Source: Chiloscyllium plagiosum (taxonomy: Eukaryota). From it: a stretch of 42,912 nucleotides of DNA. The position numbers were made by a program, and so were the translations under genes. The stretch covers positions 1,086,255-1,129,166 of the forward strand of contig NC_057759.1 in NCBI RefSeq assembly GCF_004010195.1, in the 5' to 3' direction. Of the stretch, positions 32,830 to 42,912 are shown piece after piece. Every line of letters begins with the position of its first letter. Positions within the stretch are counted from its first letter, which is position 1. Under the pieces are notes generated by a model. That model was not told the DNA's origin. It searched no databases and was given only the letters and a program-made list of their open reading frames with translations.

Positions 32830-33760
32830 TACAAAGGAGCAGGAGGAAGCCATTCAGCTCCTTTAGCGTGTTCTACCATTCAATGGTTGATCTGTGATCT
32901 GACTCCATCTGACTTCATTTATGGGTTGCACGGTGGCACAGTGGTTAGCACTGCTGCCTCACAGCGCCAGAGACCCGGGTTCAATTCCTGACTCAGGCGA
33001 TTGACTGTGTGGAGTTTGCACATTCTCCCTGTGTCTGCGTGGGTTTCCTCCGGGTGCTCCGGTTTCCTCCCACAGTCCAAAGATGTGCAGGTCAGGTGAA
33101 TTGGCCATGCTAAATTGCATGTAGTGTTAGGTAAGGGGTAAATGTAGGGGTTGTGCTTCAGCGGGTCGGTGTGGACTTGTTGGGCCGAAGGGCCTGTTTC
33201 CATACTGTAAGTAATCTAATCTAATCTAACCTGCCTTTGGCTCCTATCCCCTTAATAACTTTGCTGAACATAAAAAAAATCTCTGAATTAAAACTAACAA
33301 CTGATCCAGCATTGCCTGCTGTTTATGGAAGAGAGTTCGAAACCTCTCACAGCCATTGTGCGTAGTAGTACTTCCTAACATCTTTCCTGAACAGTCTGGA
33401 CCTAATTCTCCAGCAATGCCCTCCCTCATTCTAGGATCCCCAAACAGTGGAAACACTTTCAATTTATCCACCCCGTCTTTTCATGTTAATATCTTCGATC
33501 AGATCATCCCTAAACCCTGTAAATTCTGGGGAGAACAGGCTTAATTTGTGTAATCTCTCCTCGTAACTTAACCCCTGAAGCCCAGATATTAATCTTGTAA
33601 ACTCACGCTATACTCCCAGGTCAATCTATCCTTCCTCGGGTGTGGTGCCCAGATCTGCTTCAAGTGGGGTCAAACCAGGGTTTTGTATAACTGCAGCATC
33701 CCTTCTGCATCCTTGTACCCCAGTCCTTTCGATATTAAGGCCAGCATTCCATTAGCTTTC
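32830..33760 (-). mobile_element. CR1 3' fragment interrupted by a SINE
   Basis: Reverse-strand CR1 C-terminal and 3' UTR sequence on both sides of 32923-33229. Confidence 0.7.
32923..33229 (+). mobile_element. HE1-like SINE
   Basis: A box GTGGCACAGTGGTTAGC, B box GGGTTCAATTCC and a (TAATC)n tail. Confidence 0.92.
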
Positions 33761-34554
33761 TTCAGGCAATGCATGTCAGAAATAAAAGGAAACATGGATA
33801 TCGTTGGAGAAACTCAGCAGGGACAGATATTATTTGCCACCTCGGGACTGACTGTTTACTGTTGCAGACAACTTTCCATCTGTTCTTTTAATCCTTCAGT
33901 TTTGAGCTGTGCTGGACCAGGTACTGTTCAGTAAAGAATGCAGGGGCACACAATTGCAATTATTCATTTTGTGCAGCAGATACATGGGAACATCCACCCT
34001 CTGCAAGTTCCCCTTCAGCCCACGCAATGTTCTGACTTGGAAATATAATACTATTCCTTCAATGTCATTGGGTCAAAATCAAGGAATTCCCTCCCTCCGC
34101 GCAATGTGTGTCTATCTATAGCACATGGACTGTAGCAGTTCAAGAAAATAGCTCATCCCCACCTTCTCAGGGCGCAACTAGGGATGAGTTGGGCAATAAT
34201 CACTGGGCCCAGCGGGTGATGTCCATGTACCATGAGTGAATAATGATTTTAAAAATTGTAAATTACCCCAGGGCCTCCACCTTCCCTATGTGAGTCTGTT
34301 CTGGGAGGGTGGGCACACACATTGTAGTGAATGTTGATGCAAAATACACATTGGATGTTATTGAGTCGCCTAGTTTGTGAACTGCTTTGAAAAGGTCGAT
34401 ACATAGCCAAGAGCTTAGGTGTGTATTCCTGCTGGGTTGGGGCTGTGACCTTAATTATCACTCCATATTCAATTTTGAGGCATTATTTGCTATTGTTTTA
34501 ACATTCTGATCTCTAACTTTTCGGTTCATTTTGCTTACTGTTTCCTGATTATAG

Positions 34555-34620
34555 ATGACTCCAAAATGAATAGCAGTTTGGTGTACTCAGTTTTCACCAT
34601 CTCAAAAATGAGAAACGCTG
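34555..34620 (+). pseudogene. Receptor cytoplasmic exon 3 (66 nt, phase 1-1)
   Basis: attatAG| DDSKMNSSLVYSVFTISKMRNA-G |GTAAAG; contains the Tyr motif LVYSVF. Confidence 0.72.
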
Positions 34621-34737
34621 GTAAAGGATACAGTATATATATATACTTTCACAACATTTCTGGTTCAGTGAAAGTGGAGATTTTCTCTAGTTTATCTTAA
34701 CCCTCTAAAGCCCAGCCACTTGTAAACATTGTAGTGA

Positions 34738-36866
34738 GAAAAGCCAATTTTGACAGTATTAGGCAAGAACTTTCAAAAGCTGTTTGGGCGCAGATGTTCG
34801 TAGGTAAAAGGACGGCTGGAAAATGGGAAGCCTTCAGAAATGAGATAACGAGACTCCAGAGAAAGTATATACCTGTTAGAGTGAAAGGAAATGCTGGTAG
34901 GTATAGGAAATGATGGATGACTAAAGAAATTGAGTTTTGGTTAATAAAAAGAAGGAAGTCGTATGTCAGGTATAGACAGGATAGATCGTGTGAATCCTTA
35001 GGAGAGTATAAAGGCAGTAAGAGTATACTTAAGAGAGAAATCAGGAGGGGAAAGAAGGGACATGAGATAGCTTTGGCAAATAGAGTTAAGGAGAATTCAA
35101 AAGGACTTTTACAAATACATTAAGAACAAAAGGGTAACTAGGGAGAGAATGAGGCCCCTCAAAGATCAGCAAGGCGGCCTTTGTGTGGAGCTGCAGGAGA
35201 TACTAAATGAGTATGTTGCATCAGTATTTACTGTGGAAAAGGACATGGAAGATATAGAATGTAGGGAAATAGATGGTGACATCTTGAAAAATGTCTATAT
35301 TACTGAGGAGGAAGTGCTGTGTGTCTTGAAATGCTTAAAGGTGAATAAATCCCTTGGATCTGATCAGGTGTACCATAGAACTCTGTGGGAAGCTAGAGAA
35401 GTGATTGCTGGACCTCTTGCTGAGATATTTATATCATTGATAGTCAGAGATGAGATGCCGGAAGACTGGAGGTAGTCTAACGTGGTGCCACTCTTTAAAA
35501 ATAGTGGTAAGGACAAGCCAGGGAACTATAGACAAGTGAGCCTGATGTCGGTGGTGAGCAAGTTGTTGGAGGGAATCCTGAGGTACTGGATTTTACATGT
35601 ATTTTGAAAGGCAGGACTGATTAGAGCTCGTCAACGTAGCTCTGTGCGTGGGAAATTATGTATCACAAACAAGATTGAGTTTTTTGAAGAAGTAACAAAG
35701 AGGATTGATGAGGACAGAGCGATAGATGTGATCTACATGGACTTCAGTAAGGCATTCGACAAGGTTCCCTATGGGGTACTGTTTACCAAGGTTAGATCTC
35801 ATGGAATACAGGGAGAATTAGCCATTTGGATACAGAACTGATTCAAAGGTCGAAGACGGAGGGTGGTGGTAGAGGGTTGTTTTTCAGACTGGAGGCCTGT
35901 GACCAGTGGAGTGCCACAAGGATCTGTGCTGGGTCCACTACTTCTTATCATTTATATAAATCATTTGGATGTGAGCATGTGAGGTATAGCTAGTAAGTTT
36001 GCAGATGACACCCAAACCGAACAGTTTTGGACAGTAGTAGACAGTGAAGACCTCTGATTACAACAGGATGTTGATCAGATGGGCCGGTGGGCTGAGAAAG
36101 ATAAATATGAGGTATTGCATTTTGGGAAAGCAAATCTTAGCAGGACTTATACACTTAATGGTAAGGTCCTCTGGTGGAGTGCAGGTTCATAGCTCCTTGA
36201 AAGTGGAGTCGCAGGTAGATAGGATAGTGAAGAAGGCGTTTGGTATGCTTCCCTTTATTGGTCAGAGTATTGACTACAGGGGTTGGGAGGTCATGTTGCG
36301 GCTCTACAGGATATTGGTTAGCCCACTTTTGGAAAATTGCCTGCAATTCTGTTCTCCTTCCTATCGGAAAGATATTGTGAAACTTGAAAAGACTTTTCAA
36401 GGATGTTGTCAGGGTTGGAGGATTTGAGCTATAGGGAGAGGTTGAATAGGCTAGGGCTGTTTTCTCTGGAGCGTTGAAGGCTCAGTGGTGACCTTACAGA
36501 GGTTGACAAAATCATGAGGGGCACAGATAGGATAAATAGACAAACTCTTTTTCCTGGAGTGGAGGAGTCCAGAACTAGATAGAATAGGTTTAGGGTGAGA
36601 GGGAAAAGATATAAAAGAGGCCTAAGGGGCAACGTTTTCACGCAGAGGGTGGTGCGTGTGTGAAATGAGCTGCCAGAGGAAGTGGTGGAGGCTGGTACAA
36701 CTGCAACATTTAAAAGGCATCTGGATAGGTATATGAATAGGAAGGGTTTGGAGGGATATGGGCCAGGTGCTGGCAGGTGGGACTTGATTGGGTTTGGGAT
36801 ATCTGGTCGTCACGGATGAGTTGGACCGAAGGGTCTGTTTCTGTGCTATACATCTCTATGACTCTA
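34738..36866 (+). mobile_element. CR1, 5'-truncated, with 3' tail
   Basis: ORF2 linker, RT ([28 protein letters not shown]) and C-terminus; tail ctctatgactcta. Same subfamily as 8085-9571. Confidence 0.93.
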
Positions 36867-37254
36867 GTGTTTCCTTTGCTTATAGCATGGAGCGATGATC
36901 TGCCCAAGTTTTTTGAATCTTTTTGCATCATTTGAATTTATTACTAATGGATAGTGTTTTCAATGAATTAAATCATAGAAATGTTCCATCCATGTCAACT
37001 CAATTACCAACAGGGCAATGTGAATTGGAATAGGGAATGTTACACTGATGGCTAATTGCTTTTAATTTCATCTTGTTTTGAAGGAATGCCTAAATTTTAG
37101 GCCCTGGGTCATCAATCTGTAGATTGCCCCAGTACAACAGCTTAATGTCTGAGAGTGGCCCTTTCTGGCCTTGGTCTTTGGGGCAAGGAGCCATTCGTTC
37201 TGGGTCTAGCATCATTCACATGAGGAGCATTGCCATTTCATTGCCCTGAGTGTT

Positions 37255-38120
37255 TCTTTGATGATACAAAGGTAGGTGGAAAGATAGGTAGTGTTGAGGA
37301 AGGGGTGAGGCTGCTGAAGGATTTGGACAGACTGGGAGAGTGGGCAATGAAATGGTAGATGGAATACAATGTGGGAAAGTGGGAAGTTATGTACTTTAGT
37401 AGGAAGAAGAGACAGACTGTTTTCTATATGGGGAAAGGGTTCAGAAATCTGAAGCACAAAGGTCTTGGGAGTCAGAGTTCAGGATTTTCTTCAGGTTAAT
37501 GGGTATGTCCATTTGGCAGTTAGGAAGGCAAATGTAATGTTAGTATTCATTTTGGGAGGTGTCGAATACAAGAGCAGCAATGTACTGCTGAGGCTGTATA
37601 AGGCTCTGGTCAGACTACGTTTGGAACATTGTGAGCAGTTTTGGGCCCCCTATCTAAGGAAGGATGTGCTGAACTTGGGAGGAGTCCAGTGGGGGCTTAC
37701 AAGAAAAATCCCAGGGATGAAGCACTTGTCATATGAGGAGAGGTTGAGGTCTCTGAGTCTGGACTCTATGGAGTTTAGAAGGGTGATGGAGAATCTGATT
37801 GAAATTTGGAGGATACTGAGAGGCTCGGATAGAGTGGACATGGACAAGATGTTTCCATGAATAAGAGAGACTAAGACCCGAAGGCACAGCCTCAGAGTGA
37901 AGAGAACTCCCTTGAGAACTGAGATGAGGAGGAATTTCTTCAGCCAGACAGTGGGGAATCTGTGGAACTCATTACTGCAGACGGCTGTCATTATGTCTTT
38001 AAGACAGAGGTTCTTGATCAGTAGAGAGAAGGCAGGAGAATGGGGTTAAGAAACATATCAGCCATGATGGAATGGCAGAGCAGACTTGATGGGCCGATAG
38101 GCCGCTCTACCTTATGGTTT
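37255..38120 (+). mobile_element. CR1 3' fragment
   Basis: LYKALVRLRLEHCEQFWAPYLRKD motif. Confidence 0.9.
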
Positions 38121-38239
38121 TGGCTATTAAGTGACTAATGGCCTGTGATGCATCACACAGTTTAGGCCCTCAGGTTCAGAGCTTTCTGAGCATGTGCTAT
38201 GAGGCACCCACACTAAAAAGTGTGCAGGCAGCTGGATGA

Positions 38240-39255
38240 CTAATAGAACATACGGGCTCAGAGCCCTTGGGAGCCAGCTTCCCTCGTTTTTATGGCTGCA
38301 ACTGATCTCATCCCAGCCTCAACTCCAATTTCCTGCCCCCACTCCCTTTAACCCCTCACTGATTGACAATTTGTCTGTCCCCTCCTTCAATTTATTCAGT
38401 GTCCCGACATGCCCCCCTCACACATTGGGGGATGAATTCCCAGATATTTCCACCCCCTCTGCCTTGGAGAGAAGCCATTTCTCAACATCTCACTTTTCAG
38501 TCTGTCCCACCCCCTTCTCGTGAAACAATGACCCTCTCATCCTAAATTGTCACACATGAGGAAACAACCTCTCTCTGTCTCCTTTGTCAATCCCACCTCC
38601 TTTACCACCCTATATCCCTCAGTTGGAACTCCCCTCATTCCTCTAAACTGCAGAGCATATTGGCCTTCATTGCTCAATCTCTCATTTGAAGACAAATCCC
38701 TCCTCTCTGAACATGAAATGTACAAAATCACGCTAGATAGTATCTTGGATGTAGAATACACATCTCAAAGTGAGTTAGTCATAGTTTCCGAGAAGTCTGC
38801 AGCCCAGAAAAAGGCCAGAGTCTGTGCTGGTCAGAAACAACCACCTCACTATTCTCTAATCCCATTTCCCCAGTACTTGTCCCCATTGCCCTGGTGTCAC
38901 GAGTGCACATCTAAATCCTCCTTCAATGTGATGACGGATTCTGCCTCTCCCACCCTTACAGGCAGTGAGTTCTAGATTCACCACCACCCTCTGGGTGAAC
39001 AAGATTTTCCTCACAATCTCCTGGCCCTTACCTTCAATCTATACCGCACCCCCCCCCCCCCCCCCCCAACATCCGTTAAGGGGGGAATGTTTCTTCCTGC
39101 CTGCCCTATCTTCACCCCTCATCATTTTATACATCCCTCTCTTTCAATCCACTCTGCTGTAAGGACAACAACTCCAGTATGTCCATAATCTCTCCATCAT
39201 CGAAACTCTCCAGCCCCAAGGCAATACGCTGGTAAATCTCCCTGTGCATCCTCTC
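38240..39255 (-). mobile_element. Two old CR1-type 3' fragments
   Basis: Reverse complement resembles 24435-24850 and other CR1 ends. Confidence 0.65.
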
Positions 39256-39306
39256 AATTCATTTAGATATGTACCATTGGTAAAATGACTTTTCTTTTAT
39301 TTACAG

Positions 39307-39338
39307 GTCACTCTAATGGTGCAGCAGGAAGGAAACAC
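39307..39338 (+). pseudogene. Receptor cytoplasmic exon 4 (32 nt, phase 1-0)
   Basis: ttttatttacAG| (G)HSNGAAGRKH |GTAAGT; phases fit both neighbouring exons. Confidence 0.72.
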
Positions 39339-39663
39339 GTAAGTTATATTGCAGTGAAAAAGAGGGCAGTTAACTTTGCTGATAAAAAAATTATGTTTTT
39401 AGCAAGCAGTTAATGTAAGTTCACCATTGTCTCATTAGAGAGAGGGGGAGAGAGGTGTGGGGGAGAAAAAGAGAGAAAAAGCAACAACTGTTTTATGGTT
39501 TAACCTGAGGGTCACCATATCGAAGGCACATGGAATGATCATTCACAGCAATTTCAACCAGAGCAGCAATTGAACACATGCTGTCAGTGTGACTGTACAT
39601 TGTAAGCCAACTATAGAAGCAACTGAGCTAACCAACCCCTAAATGGCAAGTGGCAAAATCTTT

Positions 39664-40155
39664 GGGTGGCACAGTGGCTCAGTGGTTAGCAATGCTGCTT
39701 CATAGCACCAGGGACCCAGGAACAATTCCAGCCTCAGGTGACTGTTTATTGGGAGTTTGCAAATTATCCCCTCCTCTGCGTGGATTTTCTCCGGGTGCTC
39801 CAGTTTCGTCCCACAGTCCAAAGATGTGCAGTTTAGATGGATTGGTCATACTAAGTTGCCCAAAGTATGAGAGTTATGCAGGTTAGGAGGATTAGCCATG
39901 GAAAATGCAGGGTTACAGGGATTAGAGACGGCATTGGGTCGGGGTCGGATGCTATTCAGAGGGTCAGTATATGGACCCGATGGGCTGAAAGGCCTGCTTC
40001 CACGCTGTAGGATTCTATGATGTGCAGGTTCGGGGGATTGGCTATGGTTAATGCAGGGTTACAGGAGTAGGGTCAGGGTCTGAGTGGGATCCTCTTCACT
40101 GGCTTAGGATAGACTAGATGGACTGAATGGTCTCTTTGCACACTGTACGGATTCT
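39664..40155 (+). mobile_element. HE1-like SINE with repeated 3' module
   Basis: tRNA head and V-core; the 'tgcaggtt...ctgtaggattct' block occurs twice. Confidence 0.82.
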
Positions 40156-40974
40156 GGGGACATTAATGTTTGGCTCAATAGTGTGGGGTATTTTATTCTG
40201 ATCTCAATTTTGATGAGATTCACTTTCAGTTTCTGAAATAATGGGAAGGCAAAATCCTATGTTTTCAGCTCCCCAGGGTATGCCCTGCAGATGTGAATTT
40301 GAATCTTGCTTTGGCAGGTGGTGGATTTGGAATTTGATTTTAAACAGAAACAGATCTGGAGTTAAGACTCTAATGATGACTGTTGTCAGGAACAAACAAC
40401 CATCTGGTTCAAAATTGAAGACTGAGGTGAGGAGGAATTTCTTCTCTCAGAGGGTTGTGAATCTTTGGAATTCCTTGCAACAGAGAGCTGTGTGTGGGGA
40501 CAGGGAGCAGTTTTAAGCCTGGGGTAGGTATTTTCCTGATTAGTCCAGGAATTGAGGGTTACATGTTAAGTGCAGGAAAGTGAGAGTGAGAAATGGGACA
40601 TCAGCCATGATGTGATTGAATAGCTGAGCAGGCTTGAGCCAAATGGCCTTCTCCTGTTTCTGTCTGTGATCTGCCGTCTTTACCTGATCTGCCCTGCACT
40701 TGACTCCAAACCCTTTGCAAACTCTTTACTGCCTTCTGGCTGAGCAAGTCAATTGGTTTAAGGACATTTCGGAATTGTATTCACTCCCCATCTTGGCAGA
40801 GATGACCACATCCTGTTCAGAGTACAGAGAAATAACAGGGTCAGGGTCAGTTTTAGGCTTGTTCCAGTCATGTGCTTTGCCAAGAGAAATTGGTTTGTAT
40901 CATGACCCCACATATTCGCAGCTCCTCTCTTCACTGGTTGTCTTTCAGGAAAAGTTTGTTATTCTCATCCATTT

Positions 40975-41870
40975 TCATAGTAATACTGCACAGAAACAGG
41001 CCCTTCAGCCCAACTCGCCCATGCTACCAGGTTTCCCAAACTCAACTAGTCCCATTTGTCTGCATTTGGCCCATATCGCTCTAAATGTTTCTTATCCATG
41101 TACCTTTCCAAATATCTTTTAAGCGGAATTGTACCTGCCTCGACCACTTCCTCTGGCAGCTCATTCCATATACTCACTGCCTTCTGTGGGATAAATTTGC
41201 CTCTCAGGTCCTGTTTTAATCTTTCCCTTCTCACCTTAAACCTATGCCCACTAGTTTTGGACACCCCTACCCTGGGTAAAAGACCATAACTATTTACGGT
41301 TTCTGTGCCCCTCGTGATTTTATAACCTCTATTAGATCACTCCTCAGCCTCCAACACTCCAAGGGAGAAAAGCTCCCAGCTTATGAAGCTTCTCCTTTTA
41401 ACTCAAACCCTGCAATCTTGGTAACATATTTGTAAATCTTTTCTGCAACCTTTCTAGCTTAACAACATTCTTTCTACAGCAGGTTGACCAGAAATGCACA
41501 CAATACTCTAAAAGTTGCCTCACTAACATGCTGTACAGCTGTAACATGATGCCCCAACTCCTATCGTAGTGCTCTGACCAATGAAGGCAAGCATGCCAAA
41601 CGCTTACTTCACCACAGTGTCAAGCTGCTATGCCACATTCAAGGAACTGTCTTCCTGCACCCCTAGGTCTGTTTGTTCGGAAACACTCCCCAGACTTGTA
41701 CTATTAACAGTATAGGTCCTGTCTTGGTTTGCCTTCCCAAAATGCAACACCTCGCATCTATCTAAATTAAAGTTTACCTGCCATTCCTTGACCCACTGGC
41801 CAAGTTGATCAAATTTCCATTGTCCTCTTAGATAACCTTCTTCTCTGTCCAAAACGCCACCTATTTTGGT
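40975..41870 (-). mobile_element. CR1 3' fragment
   Basis: WQVNFNLDRCEVLHFG and IWNELPEEVVEAG motifs. Confidence 0.9.
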
Positions 41871-41911
41871 CCTGCTCCTATCTACTACGTTTCTTGTTGA
41901 CCTGTATTCAG

Positions 41912-42031
41912 GCTGACCAACCACCCTGCATCACATACGCTATCCTGAGACACACAGATACAGGAGGGGATGAGGAACCAGGTCAAGATGAAGAGGGAAA
42001 TGTTTATGCCAACCTTCCACGGACATTGTGA
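41912..42031 (+). pseudogene. Receptor terminal coding exon with ITIM
   Basis: attcAG| ADQPPCITYAILRHTDTGGDEEPGQDEEGNVYANLPRTL-TGA. ITYAIL fits the ITIM consensus [SIVL]xYxx[IVL]; distal NVYANL. Confidence 0.8.
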
Positions 42032-42189
42032 GACAGCATAAAAGAAAGATTTGTGAAGTTTCACAGGCTATCAATAGCAAGTCTATCTTCCAGCAAATAA
42101 GGAGGAAATGGAAGTGAAGCATAGCAATGTCATGTTTCTGCGACTAGGCTAGGCTTTGTCTCAATTCACTAAGCAAGATATCCGTTCGA

Positions 42190-42334
42190 AACATGGATTT
42201 GTCTTGAGAAACCATCTGAATAATGGTCCCTCCCACAACTCTCGGTGAGTCAATTTATACTGCTGTAGCACAATCCAACTGAGAGTTGTGGGAGGGACCA
42301 TTATTCAGATGGTTTCTCAAGACAAATCCATGTT
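42190..42334. repeat. Perfect 54-bp inverted repeat with a 37-nt spacer
   Basis: 42190-42243 is the exact reverse complement of 42281-42334. Confidence 0.95.
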
Positions 42335-42827
42335 ATCCTGAGACAAACAGACCTAGGGGTGCAGGAAGACAGTTCCTTGAATGTCCATTCCTACCTCGAG
42401 CATCCATTTGATCTGGTGGCGAATGCGTCAAGGCAGACTAGCCAATGAATTGAATGTACTCTGCATTTTCTGTTTAAATTGTGGTGAGCTGGAAATACTT
42501 CAAGACAGGATCATTCACCAGCCCTATCTTCATTACCCTCAAACTTCATCAGTTTCAATACATATCCAGCTATCTTTTCATACCTCATGGAATATGCTCC
42601 AGTGCCCCCCTCAAAGATATACCATTGACTCTGCATTGTTGCTCTGTGTTTCTGTTAGCAAAATGCATTTCGTCACATTTGTCTGCATTGGAATTCATTT
42701 GCCAGGTTTCTGCCCATTTGGCAATTTGTCAATCTCCCTGTGAAGTCACTCAGCATCATCTTCACAATTCACTCTCTTCTCCCTGGGTTAGTGTCAACTG
42801 CGAATTTAGAGATGTAGTTATCAATGT

Positions 42828-42912
42828 GTTGAAAAATGTGATGCTGGAAAAACACAGCAGGCCAGGCAGCATCCGAGGAGCAGGAGAATCGACGTTTCGG
42901 GCAGTCTTCAGG
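42828..42912 (-). mobile_element. Penelope terminal-repeat fragment (runs off window)
   Basis: Same sequence family as the left arm of 26183-26273. Confidence 0.8.

Larger units (their letters stand above)
24129..42031 (+). pseudogene. FCRL/PECAM-like Ig-superfamily receptor with ITIM-type tail, multi-exon, disabled, 5'-incomplete
   Basis: Eight exons, mostly AG/GT-bounded (first Ig donor uncertain): Ig, Ig, TM and five cytoplasmic exons. See the individual exon features. Confidence 0.82.

Noticed and set aside
32923..33000. tRNA genes at SINE heads
   Set aside because: The A/B boxes continue into SINE bodies and tails; no full cloverleaf.
40685..40813. Minus-strand AG/GT-bounded exon candidate
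   Set aside because: All three frames contain stops and no partner exons were identified.

Overview
Repeat-rich vertebrate genomic DNA. The repeat families (HE1-type tRNA/V-SINEs, CR1 LINEs, Penelope-like elements) and the KRAB-less 'M.K.WKCGDCGKGF' zinc-finger arrays point to an elasmobranch, possibly a bamboo shark; the species is an inference. Main contents: (1) two paralogous C2H2 zinc-finger arrays, one pseudogenised (1-760) and one open 279-aa ORF (12497-13336). (2) A defective class I (gamma/epsilon-like) endogenous retrovirus at 9718-20988. It has a 4-bp TSD (TAAC) inside a Penelope fragment, ~1.5-kb LTRs, a tRNA-Ser PBS, gag/pol remnants lacking CA-PR-RT, and an env whose N-terminus carries an EGF-like module directly after the signal peptide. 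Its 5' LTR is split by ~3 kb of host DNA that includes the zinc-finger exon. (3) A multi-exon, disabled Ig-superfamily receptor gene, FCRL/PECAM-like, at 24129-42031. It is not recovered as an ORF by the track and has two Ig exons, a SINE-interrupted TM exon and five cytoplasmic exons with ITIM-type motifs. (4) Many CR1/SINE/Penelope fragments and several small rearrangements: a tandem duplication, a hairpin micro-inversion, a 5'-inverted CR1, a palindromic hammerhead-bearing Penelope insert, and a multi-template insertion. There are two assembly gaps (11375-11432, 29800-30471).
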